Source of the DNA: a bacterium
Lineage (GTDB): Bacteria > Hinthialibacterota > Hinthialibacteria > Hinthialibacterales > Hinthialibacteraceae
Direction of reading: 5' to 3'
Assembly: GCA_963663405.2 (NCBI GenBank)
Contig: CAXXSM010000018.1
Span: 1-64,000 of the forward strand
Length of the DNA stretch: 64,000 bases
The notes beneath the pieces were generated by a model. It was not told the DNA's origin. It saw nothing but the letters and a program-made list of their open reading frames with translations, and made no database searches. Positions 20,282 to 31,082 of this stretch are shown one piece after another. Numbering within the stretch: the first letter of the stretch is position 1; every line of letters begins with the position of its first letter. Position numbers and translations under genes: made by a program.

Positions 20282-20560
20282 AGGAGATAGGGCCCTCCCA
20301 GTTCGCGTTTACGGGATAACGGGCCCATAGAGACCTCGAAAATGTATCAGCCAAAGGGGGGTAACTCCGTTCGGCCTACGGCCTCTCTCCGTTACCCCCC
20401 TTTGGCCGCCGGAATGAGTTACGTTATCATAGAACAATGATCCCGTGTCAGTACGAGGTTGGAGGGGCGCCGGTTTCCTCCGAAACAGGGCGCCGATTTC
20501 TTCCGAAATCGACTGTCGATTTAACTCCGAATTACACTGCCGCTTTCCCCGGAATCGGCA

Positions 20561-20873
20561 GAAGATCAAACGACCACTCGAGGTTGTTGTGTCGATATTC
20601 TCCGTGAGTGAGCGGAAACCAATTCCACGTTGCTCTAACATCTTTACCGTTTCAATTAAATGAGACAGGGAACGTCCCATCCGGTCTAATTTCCAAACCA
20701 CGAGTACATCTTTTGGACGACAAAACTCGATTGCCTTCGCAAGGCCTGGACGCTCAGTTCTTGCGCCGCTGGCAATATCGGTGAACTGTTTTTCACACCC
20801 TGCCGCAGTAAGTTCGTCTGTTTGCAGTTCAAATGTTTGATCGGGCGTTGATACTCGCATAACCAACTAGCAT
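20561..20873 (-). pseudogene. Serine resolvase fragment truncated by IS21
   Basis: MLVGY/RVSTPDQ (frameshifted start), VVWKLDRMGRS and IDTTTSSGRLIF, then IS21 end sequence. Confidence 0.85.
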
Positions 20874-20902
20874 AGTCTATAAACCTTAGAATAAATGTAA
20901 AT

Positions 20903-22336
20903 GGCTCATCCGGAAATTGGGCGCATTGCGTTTTTTCTTAGGAAATTTGTCTTTTTTAGCCTATTTCCAAGTTGAATCCGTTCAAATTTCTTCGAAAAAA
21001 ATGACCTTGACCTCCACCATGTGGTAATTGCTATCACCCGACTAACCTGTACTTGGTTTCCTGGATTCCCAGGATTTTGAGTTTAAAGAACTCATGATCT
21101 CGAAATCCATATGCTTGACGTTTCATCGTTTTAATTTTGTTATTTGTCCCTTCTAAAGGACCGGTTGAAATTGAAAACCTGTAGTAAGCCAGTAGACCTT
21201 GACGATGAGTCTCCAACGTCTTGGCGAATTTCTTCAGCATGCGGACTCCCGAGGCGATGGCTCGATGGATCCAACTCGTCAAATACCTGTTGGCTTTCCA
21301 CCAATTGGCTTGGCTCCAGAACTGGCGAAGTTCTTCTTTCATGTAATACGCAATGGCCAAAGGTTTGTTCAGTTTTAAGGCGGCTTGGAGACGTTCTTTT
21401 TCCTCCCGTTCCGAGTTCAAATGCTCCGGATTCTTCAGCAATAAAAACCGAATCCCTTTCAGAACACTCTTGTCTTCTTTCTTGGCTTTCCGAAATAACG
21501 CCCGGCGCAGCTGGGTCAATTTCTCATTGAAGAGTTTGATCACATGAAAATGATCGAACACGATGGTGGCGTCCGGCAAGTTGGCCGTTACGGCTTTGAT
21601 GTAGGCGGGGCCCATATCCACCGCGACGGCTTCGATCTTGGCGCGAGACGAACGAAGCCGTTTCCATAAGGGTTTGAGCGCCTCCGCGTCCTTTCCGTCT
21701 CCGACAAAAACAACCGCTCCACTCTCCAGATCCATGACGATTGTCACATAGGTATGCCCCTTGGCGATCGCAATTTCATCGATGGCGAGGAGCCGCAGAT
21801 GCTTCAACTTGGGACGGGCGTATTTGCGCTGAAGATTTCTCTTTTGAATCTCTTTGATTAAATCCCATCTCACGCCCAAATGGGTGGCCACATCCTGGAT
21901 CGTCATGCTCTGCGATAGATCGAGAACATAGCGTTCAAAACTCCGCGTATAACTCTTCTGAGGATCGGCAAACTGGATCTTGACTTGACGATATTCGCCA
22001 CAGTTTTCACACTCCACTCGTGGAATGGCAAAGAGAATCTCTATGCTTTTCGAACACCACGGTGGCGCTTTGAATCTCCGGAGTCTCGAACCTCGCGGAT
22101 GGACGTCGTAAGAACCACACGTCGCACACTGTAACTTCTCCGGATCTTGAGTCATAGCGAATTGGGTTGCTCTCTTCAGATAATCGGTCCTCTTATATTT
22201 GTAACCTCGGATTCCTAAAATATGATATAATAAACTCGTGGACATGCTTGCTCTCCTTTTTCTAACTTTATCCAGTTAGGAGAGTTAAGCCTGTCCACTC
22301 TTTTTTTCAAGTTTTAACCCAATTTCCGGATGAACC
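20903..22336 (-). mobile_element. ISL3-family element
   Basis: 19-bp TIR GG(C/T)TCATCCGGAAATTGGG; no flanking TSD. Confidence 0.9.
21034..22245 (-). CDS. ISL3 transposase
   Basis: Zn-finger CATC..CENC, AIDEIA, VAVDM, FDHFHV, EGTNNKIKTMKRQAYGFR. Confidence 0.95.
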   Translation of the reverse strand: MSTSLLYHILGIRGYKYKRTDYLKRATQFAMTQDPEKLQCATCGSYDVHPRGSRLRRFKAPPWCSKSIEILFAIPRVECENCGEYRQVKIQFADPQKSYTRSFERYVLDLSQSMTIQDVATHLGVRWDLIKEIQKRNLQRKYARPKLKHLRLLAIDEIAIAKGHTYVTIVMDLESGAVVFVGDGKDAEALKPLWKRLRSSRAKIEAVAVDMGPAYIKAVTANLPDATIVFDHFHVIKLFNEKLTQLRRALFRKAKKEDKSVLKGIRFLLLKNPEHLNSEREEKERLQAALKLNKPLAIAYYMKEELRQFWSQANWWKANRYLTSWIHRAIASGVRMLKKFAKTLETHRQGLLAYYRFSISTGPLEGTNNKIKTMKRQAYGFRDHEFFKLKILGIQETKYRLVG

Positions 22337-22477
22337 GAAAAAGAACCAGGTGACGTGTATGGCCGCATGTTGACGGAGCTTTCGGACGCGCATCCTGAAG
22401 TCGTACAGTTTAGTTATGCATTCCCTGTTCCAATTATAATGACAGATTATTTGATTGAGAAAGCAAAGCAAGAATAA
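22337..22477 (+). pseudogene. 3' remnant of a type III-A RAMP (Csm4-like)
   Basis: Reads EKEPGDVYGRMLTELSDAHPEVVQFSYAFPVPI...*, like Csm4 C-termini; its TAA overlaps the cas6 ATG; cut by ISL3. Confidence 0.55.
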
Positions 22478-23190
22478 TGAATCATGTAAAATCGATCCCC
22501 AGAGCCTTTCTTGCCTTACGCCTTGCCCGGCTACGTTTCACGCTAGAAGCGCAGTTGGAAGCGAAACTCCCTTTATTTCTAGGTTCAACGCTCCGAGGCG
22601 GTTTAGCTATGGCGTTTAAACGGATGAATTGTACCTACGGGATGCGCGCCTGTGATGGATGTCTTGTGCAACACTCTTGTACATACTCGAACCTTTTCGA
22701 AACGCCTATCGCAACAGGACAGCAACAAATACGTCGATTGCGTGATATTCCCCATCCTTTCTTGATCGAACCTCCCATCACTCATCCGGAGAATTACAAA
22801 GCAGGCAATCAATTTACTTTCGATATTATTCTGATAGGAAACGCTATCAAACATTACCCATTGTTTGTTTTCGCCGTTAACGAAATGGCCAATGTTGGAT
22901 TGGGCGCTAATCGATATCCTTTCCGCCTTATAGGAGGCACAAATCACCAAGGCGTTCCGATTTATAATTCTGATACCGGTCAATTAATCGACAATCAAGT
23001 GAGTTACCCGGTTAAAGATATCTGCGAGAATAATGTATCGGCTTCAAAGATTCGCATTGATTTAGTCACCCCATTACGGATACGTTCAGAAGGTTCTCTT
23101 CTAAAGAGAAATCTTGATATGCAGGTATTATTTCGTAATTTATGTCGAAGACTTACATCGTTGTTGACATTTCACGAAAATGAGCCACTG
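22477..23190 (+). pseudogene. cas6: Cas6 endoribonuclease lacking the C-terminal Gly-rich loop
   Basis: FLGSTLRGGL, C..CDGC...C.Y..LFE, PHPFLIEP, GLGANR, TPLRI. No terminal G-loop; runs in frame into CARF sequence. The junction position is approximate. Confidence 0.8.
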
Positions 23191-24239
23191 GATGAAAATA
23201 ATGTCGATCAAATATTTGCAGAAATTACGGAACTGATTAATGAAATGTTATCTACACACCACTGTGATTTAGAGACGTTAGAAATTGATTTTACCAGTGG
23301 GACCAAAGCGATGAGCGCCGGGGCCATCTTAGCGGCGGTTTCTAGCGGGATTCAATCTTTGCGGTACATTCATGGGCAGCGGTTGCACTGAACAGTTCAA
23401 TCAGGTTTAGAAGAAATCTCTCAACTGAAACCAAGCCGATATCTGGCTCATTATAATTTAAAACTCGCCATCGCGCATTTTGAAGAATTACGCTTCTCGA
23501 CCAGCATAAAAATCCTTGAGGATATTCCAGAAGCCGCTTTGTCCGGTGATTATCACAATCTTCATATAAATTTACAAAAACAGGCCCAGATCTATCAAGC
23601 CTGGGATCTATTCGATCATAAATCCGCTTTTGAATTGTTTAAAGAAGTAAATACAAATCATCAAGAGATTCAAAGACTCTGCCATTCGAAAGAAATTATA
23701 AATCGACTTCACGATTTGGATAAAACCATTAGTCAACAAAAGTATTCATTGGACATGCTAGCGGATATTTTTAATAACGCTCAGCGAAGAATAAAAGAGG
23801 GTAAATACGATGACGCCGCCGCAAGGCTATACCGGTTGACAGAAATGTGCGCGCAATTCGTACTACAAAGAAAAGGGATCAATACATCGAAAGTAAAAAA
23901 AAAAAGCAAGTACCTTCCACCTTTTTTGATAAACATGACTCTGATTTTAAAAATAGGGAAAACGAAGCAAAGATTAGTCTTCAAAAATCGTATGAACTTC
24001 TTCAATGTTTCAACGAACCGATTGGGAAACGATTCACTGAATTGAAGGAATTGAACAATACTCTAAAAATCAGGAATCAGTCAATTCTCGCGCATGGGAT
24101 TGAGTCAGTCGATCAAGCAACATGTAAGAAATTCAATAAATATGTTTTTGTGTTGCTTGAATCTCTGGACAATAAATTTCAAATCCGTTGCCAAGAACTG
24201 CAATTTCCGTGGATAAGAATTAACAACATGAAAAACTGA
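23190..24239 (+). pseudogene. CARF-HEPN CRISPR ancillary protein (TIGR02710/Csm6-like), disrupted
   Basis: IDFTSGTKAMS, WDLFDH, YDDAAARLYRLTE and RNQSILAHG; in-frame TGA at 23389-23391; frameshift in the A run near 23900. Confidence 0.8.
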
Positions 24240-24497
24240 CCAAAGTTCACTAAAACAATACTCTTGTGACTCAAATACTAAATGTTGAACTGACTCAATT
24301 TCTCGCCTTTGCCGCCAAATAGTTACAAATCTCACCTGTTGGAGGTATCAAAAAAACACCACAAAGAAGTACCGTTGTTTCGCATTTGAGCATAAAATAC
24401 AACATGATACAAAATGGAAGCTCATGGCAGGCTAGGGATAGACTCATGACAAAACGTCGATTAAAATACTTGAAAGTATTGCCCAGATATTGGGCTC

Positions 24498-24616
24498 TTT
24501 TAAATAACTGACCCTGTTAGTAGGGGATTGAAATTCTGCAGTGTTTCTCATTTATCTTCTCCATAAGTAAGTTTTCTAATTGAAATAACTGACCCCTATT
24601 GATAGGGGATTGAGAC
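24498..24616 (+). CRISPR. Degenerate two-repeat, one-spacer CRISPR remnant
   Basis: TTTTAAATAACTGACCCTGTTAGTAGGGGATTGAAAT and ATTGAAATAACTGACCCCTATTGATAGGGGATTGAGAC, with an internal CCC(C)T/AGGG(G) hairpin and a ~44-nt spacer, downstream of cas genes. Confidence 0.7.
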
Positions 24617-24619
24617 ATA

Positions 24620-24987
24620 ATATGGGTTTATGCGGAGCGAAAAAGAAGCATCTGGAGCGTGTAATTACATATTTGGAAAATAATCATGAGTACATGCGTA
24701 ATGATTATTATTCAGCGTATTTGTCTATCTATTCCATCGGGAGTGAAGTTTGTCGAAGGGGTGTACCGTCACTTATTCAATGATTGGATGGAAGTAACGA
24801 GAATGCTTGGTGAACCGAAGGCGATCTGGCCATATTGGATTTGCGAGCCGTCTTTCTCAATGACGATTGGAAGGCTTTCCAAGATCATCGAATTCAGCAA
24901 AACCTTCATAAATTATATCCGATTTGTGAGGTGATAAATGAAATCTGGGTAACTGAATGCATAACGCGGAGCACGAGTTACACACCC
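24620..24987 (+). pseudogene. Degraded ISKra4-like transposase 3' remnant
   Basis: ITYLENNHEYMR..Y, IPSG..VEG.YRHL..D.ME resemble ISKra4 C-terminal motifs. Confidence 0.55.
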
Positions 24988-25075
24988 GATTGTAATTGAA
25001 TGTTTTTCAAAAGTTTATCTTGCTTTTGTAACGCTCATTTTTATTATCTTCTTTTCATTCCGCAACAAAAACTAA

Positions 25076-28000
25076 TTAATCTAGTAAATAAGCGGCGATA
25101 TCATCAACGAGAACCTTCGATCCAGCAGATTGTATGACCAAAAATCCTCCAGACGTTACATGTATTGTGCCCGAACACATGATTTTGATCCAACGGTCAT
25201 CTGGAATTGATTCGATTGGGAAAAAACTGGCAATAGTATTCGCTACTCCATCAGTTACCATTAAAACAAATGTGGCATTCGATTTGACTGGTTTTGATGA
25301 TCGCTTCACATAGCATTCATAAACCTGCTTTCCCTTAACCAGTTCCATTGAAAGCGCTGCGTTTGCAATACCACCTTGTCCTTTAAGTTCTATACTGCCT
25401 GTTTCAAGTTGTGAATGATTTTCTGATGAATATATTGGTCCTCCTGCGCCTGATTGCAGCACATCTCCAACCCACCCATCCAAATTCGGTACTCCACCAT
25501 CGATCTCTAGATTAATTTCTTCGATCGCGTTCAGAGCATTGACAGAACGAACTTGAAGTTCTGTGATTGTAACAGACGTAAGAGTGTTTCCATCATTGTA
25601 TACTTGAAATGCAGGAATGATATTCCCTGAATGAGATAAAAATGAAGTTTCAATTTTTTGCTTGTTCTTATTATTTATAGATATTCCTGTTTGATTTGTA
25701 TAGTTTACTGTATTTGAAGCAATCACACCATCAAATCCAATCGCCGCGATACTTAAATTCGTTGAATTTGTCAAATAACTTAGCGATACACTCACAATAT
25801 CTCCGACTCGTATACTCGTATTCGATATCACTAATATTCCTTCACCAGGATTTGTTGTGATTGTAACTCCATCGAAATTAAAAGCGATATCCGCCTGCGC
25901 TTGGCCCGCTGGCAGGAGAGTAAAATCTTGCTCAATTGATAAATCAATTTCATATAATGCTGGCCTAGGCGTGGATGTTGCAGTAGGCTTGGGTGTGAAT
26001 TCTGAAAGATTCGAAGTGTTTTGAAACAGAACGAGTTCATTAGTATAATCATCAACCAATGCCAAATCATCAATACCATCTCGATTAAGATCAATTGCTT
26101 CCAAACGTAGATTCGCAAAGGCGCTGGTGGGCCGGTCCATTGGAAAAATCACGGATGAACGAAATTCCCCTTGTCGCTCTCCGCAGACAACGCAGAGCAT
26201 AACAACACCATATATTCCTTTCCCTCGGCTCACATAGATCATATCTAAGTTCCCGTCGTTGTCCAAATCGGTTATCACGGCGTCATCTAGAATACCCCCA
26301 ATCTCATTGACGCCGCTGAAATCGATATCCACAACACGCTGTTGGGCTAATGGTTCCTGCAGCGATGTGTACAGACGCGCGGTTCCATCAAAGGGAAGAA
26401 CGAGCAAATCCTGTAAATTGTTTCCATCCGCATCTTCGATTTGAAACGCTGTCATTGTATTTCCAAAGATAGTGTCCTCAAGCGAGTATGTTGCCAGTGA
26501 ATAAAAATTCAGTAGAGCGTCGGACTCAAAAAAGTGGACCATTCGATCATCCGAGGTAATTACGGCTAATTCCAACTCCCCGTCGCCGGTCATATCTTCC
26601 AGTGAGAGCATCTGGATCGTATGATTCTGAATACTAGGTATCGACAATTTATTTGCATTTAAAGCGTCTCCATCCCTCGATAGCATAAGGCGATAAATCT
26701 CATCAAAATCTTCTGAATAGACTACATAGATTTCCTCAGATCCATCTCCATCAGTATCTGCACAAGTGATAGGCTGCTGCCGATCAGTAGAAATGACATA
26801 TTGTGGTATGGTTGTCTCAACGCGTTTATCAAAATTACCCGCCTTATCCGAAAACAATACAGTCAGTTTTTCATCCAAATAAGATACGGCGCATACATCT
26901 GTAAAACCATCTCCATTGATATCCCCAGATGCAACGAACTCACATTGGTAATCAAGGGAGAGTCGTACTTCGTTGAATGGCTGATGTAAATCTCCGGTTG
27001 CTATAAAGATAAGTAACTCCTCTGTTAATGGAAGCGCTGTCAGAAGATCGTTATAACCATCGTTGTTAAAATCATCCGATATCATTTCTTTCGGTTTCGT
27101 ATGGAGAGGAATTGTAACCAACTGACTTAATGAGAAATCATTTGTGCAAAGATGCGCAATAATAGGAGTTGGAGTCGCTGTAAAGGTCATTTCGTGTGTA
27201 GGCGTTAAAGTGTAAACAGGCGTCCTCGTCGGTGTTGCAGTTGGTGTATCCGTTGCAATTGGTGCTGGAGTATCGGTTGGGATAGCAGTTCGTGTATCCG
27301 TTGGGAATGGTGTTATTGTTTTTGTCGGGACAGGCGTCAAGGTATCTGTTGGTATTGATGTCGGCGTGTCAGTCGGGAACGGAGTCGATGTTTCAGTAGA
27401 TGTAGGAATCGGCGTTGGTGTAGAAGTAGGAGCCGGTGTCGCTGTTGATGTAGGAACTTGCGTCTCCGTTGTTGTCGGCTCCACATATTGAAAAGGAACG
27501 GTATATTCGAATGGCGCGTCATCAACGTTTTCGCCATCTTGTACCTGGATCGTTCCTTCTCGAGTCTTCCCATCATAGGATGTAAACTGACTTGTGTATG
27601 TCACTTGATAGGCCGCGCCGATTGTATTTCCAATTTCATTTAGGATCGTATCATAATTATCCTCGATATCAAAAGATTTACCCCCAGTCAGCATAACCAA
27701 ACCCTCCGGTCCACGATACTGACTCTCCAGTTTCTCTACATGCGATTCATCCGCCGCTCCAAGTATAGCGTACAATACTATCGAATTACGGCGAAGAATA
27801 TACAACGCCTCTTCTTTGCTAAACACATCCCCATTACTCGATTCATCCGTAATTAAAATCACTACTTTCTGCGCCTCTGGACGAAATGAATATCCACCGG
27901 CAAACAGGATCGCATCAAAAGAAGGTTCCACGCTACCAGAAATTTCAAATGAATCAAACCAATTTCTGAATTCGGAGGGCTGGTTTGTAAAATTGAAATT

Positions 28001-28906
28001 CTCGTTCATCAGTGGGATGGGCGATCCATTCGGTGGAAAAGATGGATCGGCGGGAACAGGTCTTCCACCACTATCACTCATCAAATCAGTGCCTTCCCCG
28101 TACCGTACCAATCCCAAACGGAAATCAAATCCATTATCTACGAGCCCTTGCGTGAAGGATTCGATATTCTCCCGTACCGCTGATTGAGGCCCTTCCATGC
28201 TTCCACTGTCATCAACACAGAAAATAATATCTACAAGGCGCTGTGTAGATCGATCGCTGAGCCGTGTTTCCGATTGGTATTGAAGAGAATCAACCTGTTC
28301 AACCGCATCTTGAAAATTGTCATTCCCCAGATCGCCATGGGGAATCCCATTATTCAATACACGCATCGTCAATGTAATGTCCGGGAACGACGTTCGCCAA
28401 TCCACCACGTCTACAAAAGCAGTTAAACCATCTCCATTATCATCTTCAAATCCAGCGTCAGAGAAATTCTCCATTTCAATTGGATTCGGACCTAAGTATA
28501 AAAGAAATCCATCATCATCTCCATCAACTTTAAAAGTGTATATACCTATCCTTAGCATGAAACTTTCATAAACTGTCTGCATCGTACTTGGATTGGACTG
28601 GTATTTCAGGAGCTTATCCGGATCATATAGAGAAATCGTTTGATGGGATAAATAGGGTTGCCGGAAGAGAAACTTAATTTGCATAGGTTCCGTAATCGAA
28701 AATTCAAACGAGCGGCGTTCGGTTTCCGAAGATCCAACGGTGATAAGCTGACCAAAAGACACTGATTCAGCCCATACTCGATAAGGAATGAGAAACATAA
28801 TCAAAAATAGAAAGATTATCGTCCTGACCGCCCTGACGCCACAGTTTTGAACGCGGAAATAACAAGAAGGTTGAAAGAATTGATTGTAGATTTTCACGAT
28901 TATCAA
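25076..28906 (-). CDS. Large secreted adhesin-like protein: VWA domain, Pro/Thr linker, FG-GAP repeats
   Basis: Signal peptide; [17 protein letters not shown] and ILITDE; long PT repeats; [28 protein letters not shown]. The start codon is uncertain. Confidence 0.85.
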   Translation of the reverse strand: MIIVKIYNQFFQPSCYFRVQNCGVRAVRTIIFLFLIMFLIPYRVWAESVSFGQLITVGSSETERRSFEFSITEPMQIKFLFRQPYLSHQTISLYDPDKLLKYQSNPSTMQTVYESFMLRIGIYTFKVDGDDDGFLLYLGPNPIEMENFSDAGFEDDNGDGLTAFVDVVDWRTSFPDITLTMRVLNNGIPHGDLGNDNFQDAVEQVDSLQYQSETRLSDRSTQRLVDIIFCVDDSGSMEGPQSAVRENIESFTQGLVDNGFDFRLGLVRYGEGTDLMSDSGGRPVPADPSFPPNGSPIPLMNENFNFTNQPSEFRNWFDSFEISGSVEPSFDAILFAGGYSFRPEAQKVVILITDESSNGDVFSKEEALYILRRNSIVLYAILGAADESHVEKLESQYRGPEGLVMLTGGKSFDIEDNYDTILNEIGNTIGAAYQVTYTSQFTSYDGKTREGTIQVQDGENVDDAPFEYTVPFQYVEPTTTETQVPTSTATPAPTSTPTPIPTSTETSTPFPTDTPTSIPTDTLTPVPTKTITPFPTDTRTAIPTDTPAPIATDTPTATPTRTPVYTLTPTHEMTFTATPTPIIAHLCTNDFSLSQLVTIPLHTKPKEMISDDFNNDGYNDLLTALPLTEELLIFIATGDLHQPFNEVRLSLDYQCEFVASGDINGDGFTDVCAVSYLDEKLTVLFSDKAGNFDKRVETTIPQYVISTDRQQPITCADTDGDGSEEIYVVYSEDFDEIYRLMLSRDGDALNANKLSIPSIQNHTIQMLSLEDMTGDGELELAVITSDDRMVHFFESDALLNFYSLATYSLEDTIFGNTMTAFQIEDADGNNLQDLLVLPFDGTARLYTSLQEPLAQQRVVDIDFSGVNEIGGILDDAVITDLDNDGNLDMIYVSRGKGIYGVVMLCVVCGERQGEFRSSVIFPMDRPTSAFANLRLEAIDLNRDGIDDLALVDDYTNELVLFQNTSNLSEFTPKPTATSTPRPALYEIDLSIEQDFTLLPAGQAQADIAFNFDGVTITTNPGEGILVISNTSIRVGDIVSVSLSYLTNSTNLSIAAIGFDGVIASNTVNYTNQTGISINNKNKQKIETSFLSHSGNIIPAFQVYNDGNTLTSVTITELQVRSVNALNAIEEINLEIDGGVPNLDGWVGDVLQSGAGGPIYSSENHSQLETGSIELKGQGGIANAALSMELVKGKQVYECYVKRSSKPVKSNATFVLMVTDGVANTIASFFPIESIPDDRWIKIMCSGTIHVTSGGFLVIQSAGSKVLVDDIAAYLLD

Positions 28907-29008
28907 GCCTGTATTGTGGAGTGAGTTGAAATGTATGATATTTCCTGACTAGAAAATATACAATGAATAGCGCTGCCGGTCACCGGGCAAGACAAAGGAA
29001 GGAAAACA

Positions 29009-29362
29009 TTACTTGATTTCACCCGTGTTAAGATCGTATATAAAACTGCCTTTCTGACTTGTGCAGATATAAATATCTGAATCATGAACGCTAAAAATAG
29101 CCACTGTTTTTTCGTTTACTCGAATCTGCGCTGCGCCACTTTTCGCAAGTGTATTGCGCAGATCCTTACCTAACTCAATGATTTGCTCATTGCTAAAATT
29201 GCAGTAACGAAGAATCCGTACGATATCTTCCGCGTCCGGAGCGGCGAAATCGCTGTTTGTTATTGGGACGATATATGCTTTTTGATGAGCGCAGCCGGAC
29301 ACGATAAAAAAACACGCCATTACTAAGATGGATATAAGAAATTGAGATCGTATCAAATTCAT
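29009..29362 (-). CDS. Lipoprotein of unknown function (possible secretin pilotin)
   Basis: Lipobox IVSGC; 6 nt downstream of the secretin stop. Confidence 0.7.
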   Translation of the reverse strand: MNLIRSQFLISILVMACFFIVSGCAHQKAYIVPITNSDFAAPDAEDIVRILRYCNFSNEQIIELGKDLRNTLAKSGAAQIRVNEKTVAIFSVHDSDIYICTSQKGSFIYDLNTGEIK

Positions 29363-29368
29363 TTGTTT

Positions 29369-31021
29369 TTATCCTTTATTATCATGCGCTAGAATGTCTT
29401 TGATTTCTTCTGTGAAATCATCGCCGGCCAATTGATACGGAGATTGTTTTTTAGGCTTTTTAGGAACCGGTTCCGTCTTCACTTCCACGATACGCGGAGT
29501 GACAAAAATCGTAATTTGACGGAGAAAATCCGATTTAGAATTATTGCTGAACACACCTCCCACGAACGGGATCCGGCTTAAACCGGGCGTTTTATCCCTT
29601 ACCCGGCTCGTTTGATTGGCCAGCAAGCCCCCCAGCACGATTGTCCCTCCATCCTGCACCCGTACAGTGCTTTTCGCGTTCCTGCGTGTGACGACAGGAA
29701 GGTTATCCTCTCCGCGCGCTACTACGTTACTCACCTCCGCGGCGATATCCAATGTCACCTCGTCATTTTGCCTGATGAAAGGGGTGATTGTCAACGTTGT
29801 CCCAGAATCAATCTTTTCCAATTCATTCCCACGATAGAAACCTTCCGTTAGGATCTTATAATACTCCTCCGTTGTGACTGCGATCTGGGCCTCTTTCCGG
29901 TCTTGGGCCAAGACAGTAGGATTGGCGATCACCGTGATTTCATCATTCTGCGCGAGCAGATTGAGCGACATATTGACTGAGTTCGTAAATTCCTTCCCTG
30001 GCGTATATCCAACTTGAAGCCCCCAAGGCCAACTTCCACCTGCAGCCCCACTTTCATGCTGGTCCGAATTGGAGAACGCGCCCATTGACGCTGATGGCCA
30101 ATCCCAATTCACTCCCAGATTCAATAAATCTCCACTTTCGATCGCAACGATGCGCACATCCAGAATGACCTGCCGGGGGGGGATTTCCAGCTTTTCGATC
30201 TCTTTCGATAGCATTTCAATGATATCTGGAGGGGCCATGAGTGTGACAGAATTGGCTTCTGTGCTGAAACTCGCGTAGGTCTTCAAAGGTGTAGGCAGTG
30301 TTTTCACTACATCCTCCGCATTCGCGTATTCCAGCAGAATTGTTTTCGTATCGCACATCTTAATGAAAGTGGGACTTTCAGGATGCAGTGAACCAACCAG
30401 GATATATCCTTCCATCTGCCGGTATGAGAAATTTCCTGACGACAAAATTATATCGAGCGCTTCGGATAGCGGCTTATCATTCAACTCGCACGTCACAAGC
30501 CCCTGCACGGAAATATCGGGGATGATCACCACACCCACCTGCGCGGCGATATCAGACAGCGCGTCTCGGATTGGCGTATCGTAGAACAAGTTAGTCACAA
30601 GCAGTTCATCCGATGATGGTTCAGATGGTTCGCTGGAGGCTTCTTCAACACTTGTTTTCTCTTTGTTAATCGCCACTGTGTCAATTGATTGAAATTCATC
30701 CGCTGGTGGTAGTTCGGAACTGGTCTCCGTGGATGGATTTTCCTCTTCAGGAAGCGGTTGGGAGTTGATCGCTCCTTCTAATACAATGGGTTCAAGCATA
30801 GCGATCATCTCAGTTTCTTCCATAGTGGATGGAGAAATCTCCTCCAACGCGTAAACCGCCTGTGGAACCAAAAAAACGAAAAGGATGAGACCGCTCAAAC
30901 CCCATAGCATATACGCAGAATTACATTTACAATAACGGTCGATCATCATTCTTCCCCTTACGATTTGGAGTACGATTTTTCCGCTCTTTCCGAAGAAATG
31001 GCCTGAGCGTCCCCCCAACAT
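29369..31021 (-). CDS. Secretin (GspD/PilQ family)
   Basis: N-domain FYDTPIRDAL; QVILDVRIV, ANPTVLA, GTTLTITP, VRVQDGGTIVLGGL, KTPGLSRIPFVGGVF, IFVTPRIV. The true start is probably near 30950. Confidence 0.92.
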   Translation of the reverse strand: MLGGRSGHFFGKSGKIVLQIVRGRMMIDRYCKCNSAYMLWGLSGLILFVFLVPQAVYALEEISPSTMEETEMIAMLEPIVLEGAINSQPLPEEENPSTETSSELPPADEFQSIDTVAINKEKTSVEEASSEPSEPSSDELLVTNLFYDTPIRDALSDIAAQVGVVIIPDISVQGLVTCELNDKPLSEALDIILSSGNFSYRQMEGYILVGSLHPESPTFIKMCDTKTILLEYANAEDVVKTLPTPLKTYASFSTEANSVTLMAPPDIIEMLSKEIEKLEIPPRQVILDVRIVAIESGDLLNLGVNWDWPSASMGAFSNSDQHESGAAGGSWPWGLQVGYTPGKEFTNSVNMSLNLLAQNDEITVIANPTVLAQDRKEAQIAVTTEEYYKILTEGFYRGNELEKIDSGTTLTITPFIRQNDEVTLDIAAEVSNVVARGEDNLPVVTRRNAKSTVRVQDGGTIVLGGLLANQTSRVRDKTPGLSRIPFVGGVFSNNSKSDFLRQITIFVTPRIVEVKTEPVPKKPKKQSPYQLAGDDFTEEIKDILAHDNKG

Positions 31022-31082
31022 TTTTTGACATAATTATAAATATTGATTGAATTATACTCCTTATTATACTGCATTTTTTTAA

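Larger units (their letters stand above)
18652..20560 (+). mobile_element. IS21-family element 2, left part deleted
   Basis: 5'-truncated istA and intact istB. The right end ...GGAATCGGCA at 20560 abuts a broken resolvase gene. Confidence 0.8.

Noticed and set aside
27170-27480. Repetitive DNA as a tandem repeat or array
   Set aside because: It encodes the Pro/Thr linker of the VWA protein.
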